Of a stretch of DNA of 64,000 nt, positions 59,632-64,000 are shown in pieces; within the stretch, counting starts at the first letter, position 1, and every line of letters starts with the position of its first letter. This DNA is from Spironucleus salmonicida (taxonomy: Eukaryota). Under the pieces are notes generated by a model. The model was not told the DNA's origin, did not search any database, and saw only the letters and a program-made list of their open reading frames with translations. Made by a program: the position numbers and the translations under genes. The stretch lies in contig NC_090600.1 in NCBI RefSeq assembly GCF_000497125.1, positions 1,261,197 to 1,325,196 of the forward strand. The letters run 5' to 3'.

Positions 59632-62600
59632 TCATATCTCCAAATATGTACCCAAAAGGTCAAAATCTCCATCTCCCTCAAACTATATTACCTACAGAAC
59701 GTTTCCATTCCTGCGTAGTTCAACATCTTTAGTAGCAGTTTGAACTTATCCAACCAAATAATGTTAAAACCGCTTCTCCTTAACTGACTTCTCCTTGATG
59801 TAGACCTGTACATCAGTATCATCATCGACAGTGATTGGTCCGACGCTGAACTCTGAAAAACGACTCTCTGGAAGCTTAATGGATACTTTTTGCGACGCCT
59901 ATTTCTCCTAAATCTTTGGCGGCGCAAATAGCGGCAAATATACATAACGACGCTTATAGTATATTCTAGCTAAAACACGAATCTACTTATATTTTGAGTG
60001 TCCATTTCTTACCTTAAAATTCGTTAGAACTAGATCGTTCACAAAAGGTTCTGATATGGAGTAAATTAATGTATACTCAGACGGTGAAAATCCGTAAATT
60101 TCGTATGCTTAAATTAGTAGAACCTAAAACAACAAAGATGGATTTGATAATTGTGAAAGGTCCAGATTTTGATTGATTGTAATATTATTATAAATTAAAT
60201 ACTGATATAACGGGAATTATGATTATTATGTGCTTGCTTATAACTGATCTTTTAATGCATTAACATTAATTATTTTTATACCATCGCCAGTTTGTAACCT
60301 CGAATAATATTGCTCAATTCTAAAATCAGGAAGTCCGATGCTTTATGGGATAAGAGGGTCGATATCAACAGATGTTTGTTATACAAACTTTATAATAGAC
60401 AAAAGTTGCCTCCTAGTGAATATAGAGCTATGAGAGCCAAAAACGAGATATACCAAATCCGTAATCTTTGTCTCACTAACTTTGAAAGTCTTAGAAAGTT
60501 ATAAATTAACTAAGTCGTTAAAGTAGAATCCTAAAATCTGACCAAAATCCATTTCACATTATTCAAAATTGATATTTTGATATTAAACATGTAGCATTAT
60601 CGTCAAAAATTATTTGACAAATGATATACTACATTACTAAAACCTAGTATCCAACCCTTAAATACGCTCACCCATTCTGTAGACAAGCTATCTCTGATAC
60701 TAATTAAATTCTATTTAAACATGGTTTTGAATCCTAGGCAGCAAACTGATACAGAGCTAGCTTTGTGGAGAAAGTTCCTTTCCCCAAAATTTTCCACGTG
60801 TGAATAGAAACAATTTTGCATCTTGTGATATCAGGTTTCCAGATTTATTAATTTGTTTTTACAGCTTCATAAGAACTTTTAAGTTGTTTTCTGAAGAAAG
60901 CTCGAAATCAAGCAAAACCACCCAGAATGGTGTAGCTGTATTTGCAAGGTAATTATAAAGCTATGACTACTCTAAAATTGACAAAGAGCTTATCAAAATT
61001 ATAGGCTTAGCTGGTTTAAACTTAGTTGTTTCCTTCTAGGAAGGTTAGTAGATTTCGAGCAACTGATTTAGTACAAACAGGTTTTTCGTTGTATCACCAG
61101 TAAGTATAATTGGTTATAGCCTTTATTAATTAATATAGGGTTTCAATAGCTGTTCTGGAAGCTGAATTTCGTGTATAAATGGCGATCTTGGACGGCTAAA
61201 ATCATAGAATTTTTGCAAAATCTGAACAAAATATTCAGGCTTTAAAAGCCGAATAAATAAAATCGCTAAATAAAAAACGAGAATTACATTGTTTTTGCCC
61301 TCAAAATCTACAGTTTAATTGATAATTTCCTAACAAATTTGATAAATTATCTCAAAAAATTTTGGAACGATCAAGTTTGCATGCTGTGAGTGCTCTACCA
61401 GCTTCAGGTTCTCAGTTTCGTAAATTTTAAGGTAGTGTGTGTGCCATTTAGTTTGAATCGAGGTAACAATTTACTTTTATAAATTTTCATTGTAATTTAC
61501 TATATTTGATCCCAGTAGAGGCTATTTGGGGTCTAAACTATTGCCACACAAGTCACTAAAAAGTGAATTTTCTGTCAGGTGCACCTGTGCTCCGCTGGTT
61601 GAATTACTTGTTTTGAATAATCCCTGGATCAGATACGTCACGGCTGCCCTACGCTGCTCAATTTGCCACATCGGCGTATCCTAAAGTTAATTTTTGGGAG
61701 CAAATAGTTTCTCTGCTTTCACCTACAACGTACAATCTAGTGCATTAATTTAGTATTCTTTTTACAACATTAAATTAGTCGTTTTGTCATATACGGAAAC
61801 CATTTTTGACGAAACAATTGACTACTAAATTAGGTTTAATATTTATGGAAATTCATGAGTTTACACGTCTTAAAATGCAATGAATTTAAATAAAATGAGC
61901 GTTATTTAGGAAGGATCCAAGGAGGCAATAATATTCGAAAATACAACATTTTAATCCTCAGTAATAAAGCTTTTGATATACATTATGAAATGCTGAAATT
62001 TATAGAACTGATCCGTGTCGGAAATAGATTTAAAAAGGTTCCCAAATTGAATTGATAAAGTGTTGTATTGTTCCTTAGTTTTCTCAATTGAGCTATTAAT
62101 AGTATCCAATTCTTGCATTTTAGTCTCTATTTTCTGTTTTGTTTCGATGCAATCTTTCAGCTCATTGATGATTGTTAATCCCGCGCTATTTAAATCTTTT
62201 TAGAAATCAAATGAAACTAGTTATTGAATTAGTTATTAGCTTATACTTTATAATTACACTGAGTATTACGCTTGTTCTTTTATTATTTATAATCGTTACT
62301 ACTCTATACTAGGGTTAATAGCTTCTATTATCGTGTTTTATATTTATTGATGCAAAGATTAACTGTCTTTAATGTAAGAAATAACTTAATAATTTACAAA
62401 TATTTCAGCGCAAAGATCTGATAAACTTGTGGTTGTATTATCTAAAAATAAAATCTAAAACTAATTATTGATCTCAAAAACTTTACTATCAAAATAATGC
62501 TTAGTAGTTTATTATGATGTTGAATATTAAAAAATATTTACTAAATTAAAAGAGCAAATACTAATTAATTATTTCATAAAATAAGGTAAGAACCAGTTCT

Positions 62601-64000
62601 ATACATTTTCTATTTATATAACTACCGTTTTTGGTTAGTCTAACAAATCCAATAGCTATTCCAGCATTGAATCATCATTTAATTTGATAAATGTTAATTA
62701 TAATGATAACGCAGCCTTATTGAATACTAAATCTGGATCAATAATATAAGGACAATGAGTGATACAAGATAAAGATAGCATTGCACTGAATGTAACTTAA
62801 TCCCCAAACAAACCATTTAACTTCCACTATGCCTGTTGCTCTTAATCTGCAATAAAAGAATAAACCTTAAGGTTATTTATATTAGCGACATTTTTAAATT
62901 CAAGCTCATTTAAAATAAACTTTGTCATAACCTGTTCTAAAATCACATATTCTTAGCTGAATTATATCATTGTATAAACAGAACCTATCAAAGCCAATAC
63001 ACTTAATTGCTCAATATCTTATTTACAACTTGTAAAATCAGCTTTCCATTAAGAGTCTTATTTCTAAAGTAAAACATTAAGTTACTCTATAATACTTAAT
63101 TTTTGGATTAACTCTTACATTTAATGTTCTAATCTTAATTTTTAACCATTTGCTACATCAAGAGACTTTTTTACTTTTTCCATTTTGTCCGTTAAATTGA
63201 CAATTTCTTCTTTCTTTCTAATAAGTGATTCCTAATTTTCCTTAAAGCTTACTTTGGCTTGATCTAATCTGTTTATTCTTGGTTAAATATGTTCAAAAGC
63301 AGTAGTATAGTTTATAACAGCTATACACCATTATGCTAAAGTAGCAGCGGCTTAACTTATAGGGGTTATTTTATCTAATCTAAAATCACTACCACTGACT
63401 ATTTACTTAAATTACTTAAATTATCTAGGAGGTACTTATAATGGCTTTAAATTCATAAGCTGAGATATTAATGATCCTGAGCTTAATAATAACTTAGCAC
63501 TTTACCAAGTTGGAGTCTCATTAAGAATAACACACAATGCATTCATAACTAAAATAATATGTGCTTTTGGATTTGTAAAAGATGAAATTTCTGCTATTTC
63601 TGATCTAGATATATGCTTTAACGCATTTTCAGCTTTTTAAAGTATAGGCATTACTTCATCTAAATCTGATTACGATTATTTTAGCTCAATATCTATAGAT
63701 TATCCTTAAACTTGCAATGATCTCTCCTCTGATTAAACTAATGCCTACGAGGTTGTAATTTCAAGCTACTGCTATTATAAAGTGATTAACAACATATCGG
63801 TATTCGATTATAATAATAAAACTTATGGTTATATTATTTCTAACTCTTTTTAAATAATAAGAGTCTGTTTTTATCCATCGTCAAATAGTTCAATACCTTT
63901 TTATAGTATATTAGACTTATCGCCTAACTAATTACGCTTCATAAAATATATTTTATGATAAATTTGTAAAAACCTAGTGAAACATCCAGGCGATAATATA
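59632..64000 (-). CDS. Dynein heavy chain, C-terminal ~1455 aa (stalk/MTBD to C-terminus), divergent; 5' end beyond window
   Basis: LDEVMPILQKAENALKHI...EIAEISSFTNP...VMNALCVIL...PTWQSAK; SQAAATLAQWCIA; CPYIIDPD; frame read open to TGA at 59632. Confidence 0.88.

Noticed and set aside
1-64000. Bacterial or phage origin, mass pseudogenisation, selenoprotein TGA readthrough, transposase or reverse transcriptase genes
   Set aside because: Eukaryote-specific genes are intact under table 6; I saw no in-frame TGA within a conserved redox motif and no mobile-element enzyme motifs

Overview
This is eukaryotic, AT-rich, gene-dense and essentially intron-free DNA from a hexamitid diplomonad; Spironucleus salmonicida is the best guess (inference, not a database match). 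TAA/TAG encode Gln and TGA is the only stop, so the supplied standard-code ORF track is fragmented. Re-reading by hand with translation table 6 gives about 40 genes. Many end in a stop-overlapping AGTGA and carry a CAYTCC-like C-rich motif just upstream of the ATG. Recognisable products: axonemal dynein LC1, two Trm10 paralogs, class-3 lipase, a Q-SNARE, Vps22, a CHY/RING E3, a bacterial-type GlmU-like acetyltransferase, PCNA, Yip1, enkurin, palmitoyl-protein thioesterase, NudC, a CAMKL kinase, a myotubularin-like pseudophosphatase, a probable 9-1-1-type clamp subunit and the 3' part of a dynein heavy chain. Most notable: (1) inverted paralog pairs that share sharply bounded, GC-enriched, near-identical internal tracts inside diverged AT-rich flanks, suggesting ectopic GC-biased gene conversion; (2) a 220-bp inverted repeat carrying two tRNA-Arg(ACG) genes that brackets a GC-rich membrane-protein gene; (3) two paralogs frameshifted at simple repeats; (4) unusual fusions (LRR + GILT-like thiol reductase; degenerate Hsp70-like + VWA); (5) a coding 14x48-bp minisatellite; (6) an orphan intron-like element. 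All translations and family calls were made by eye from motifs; no searches were run.
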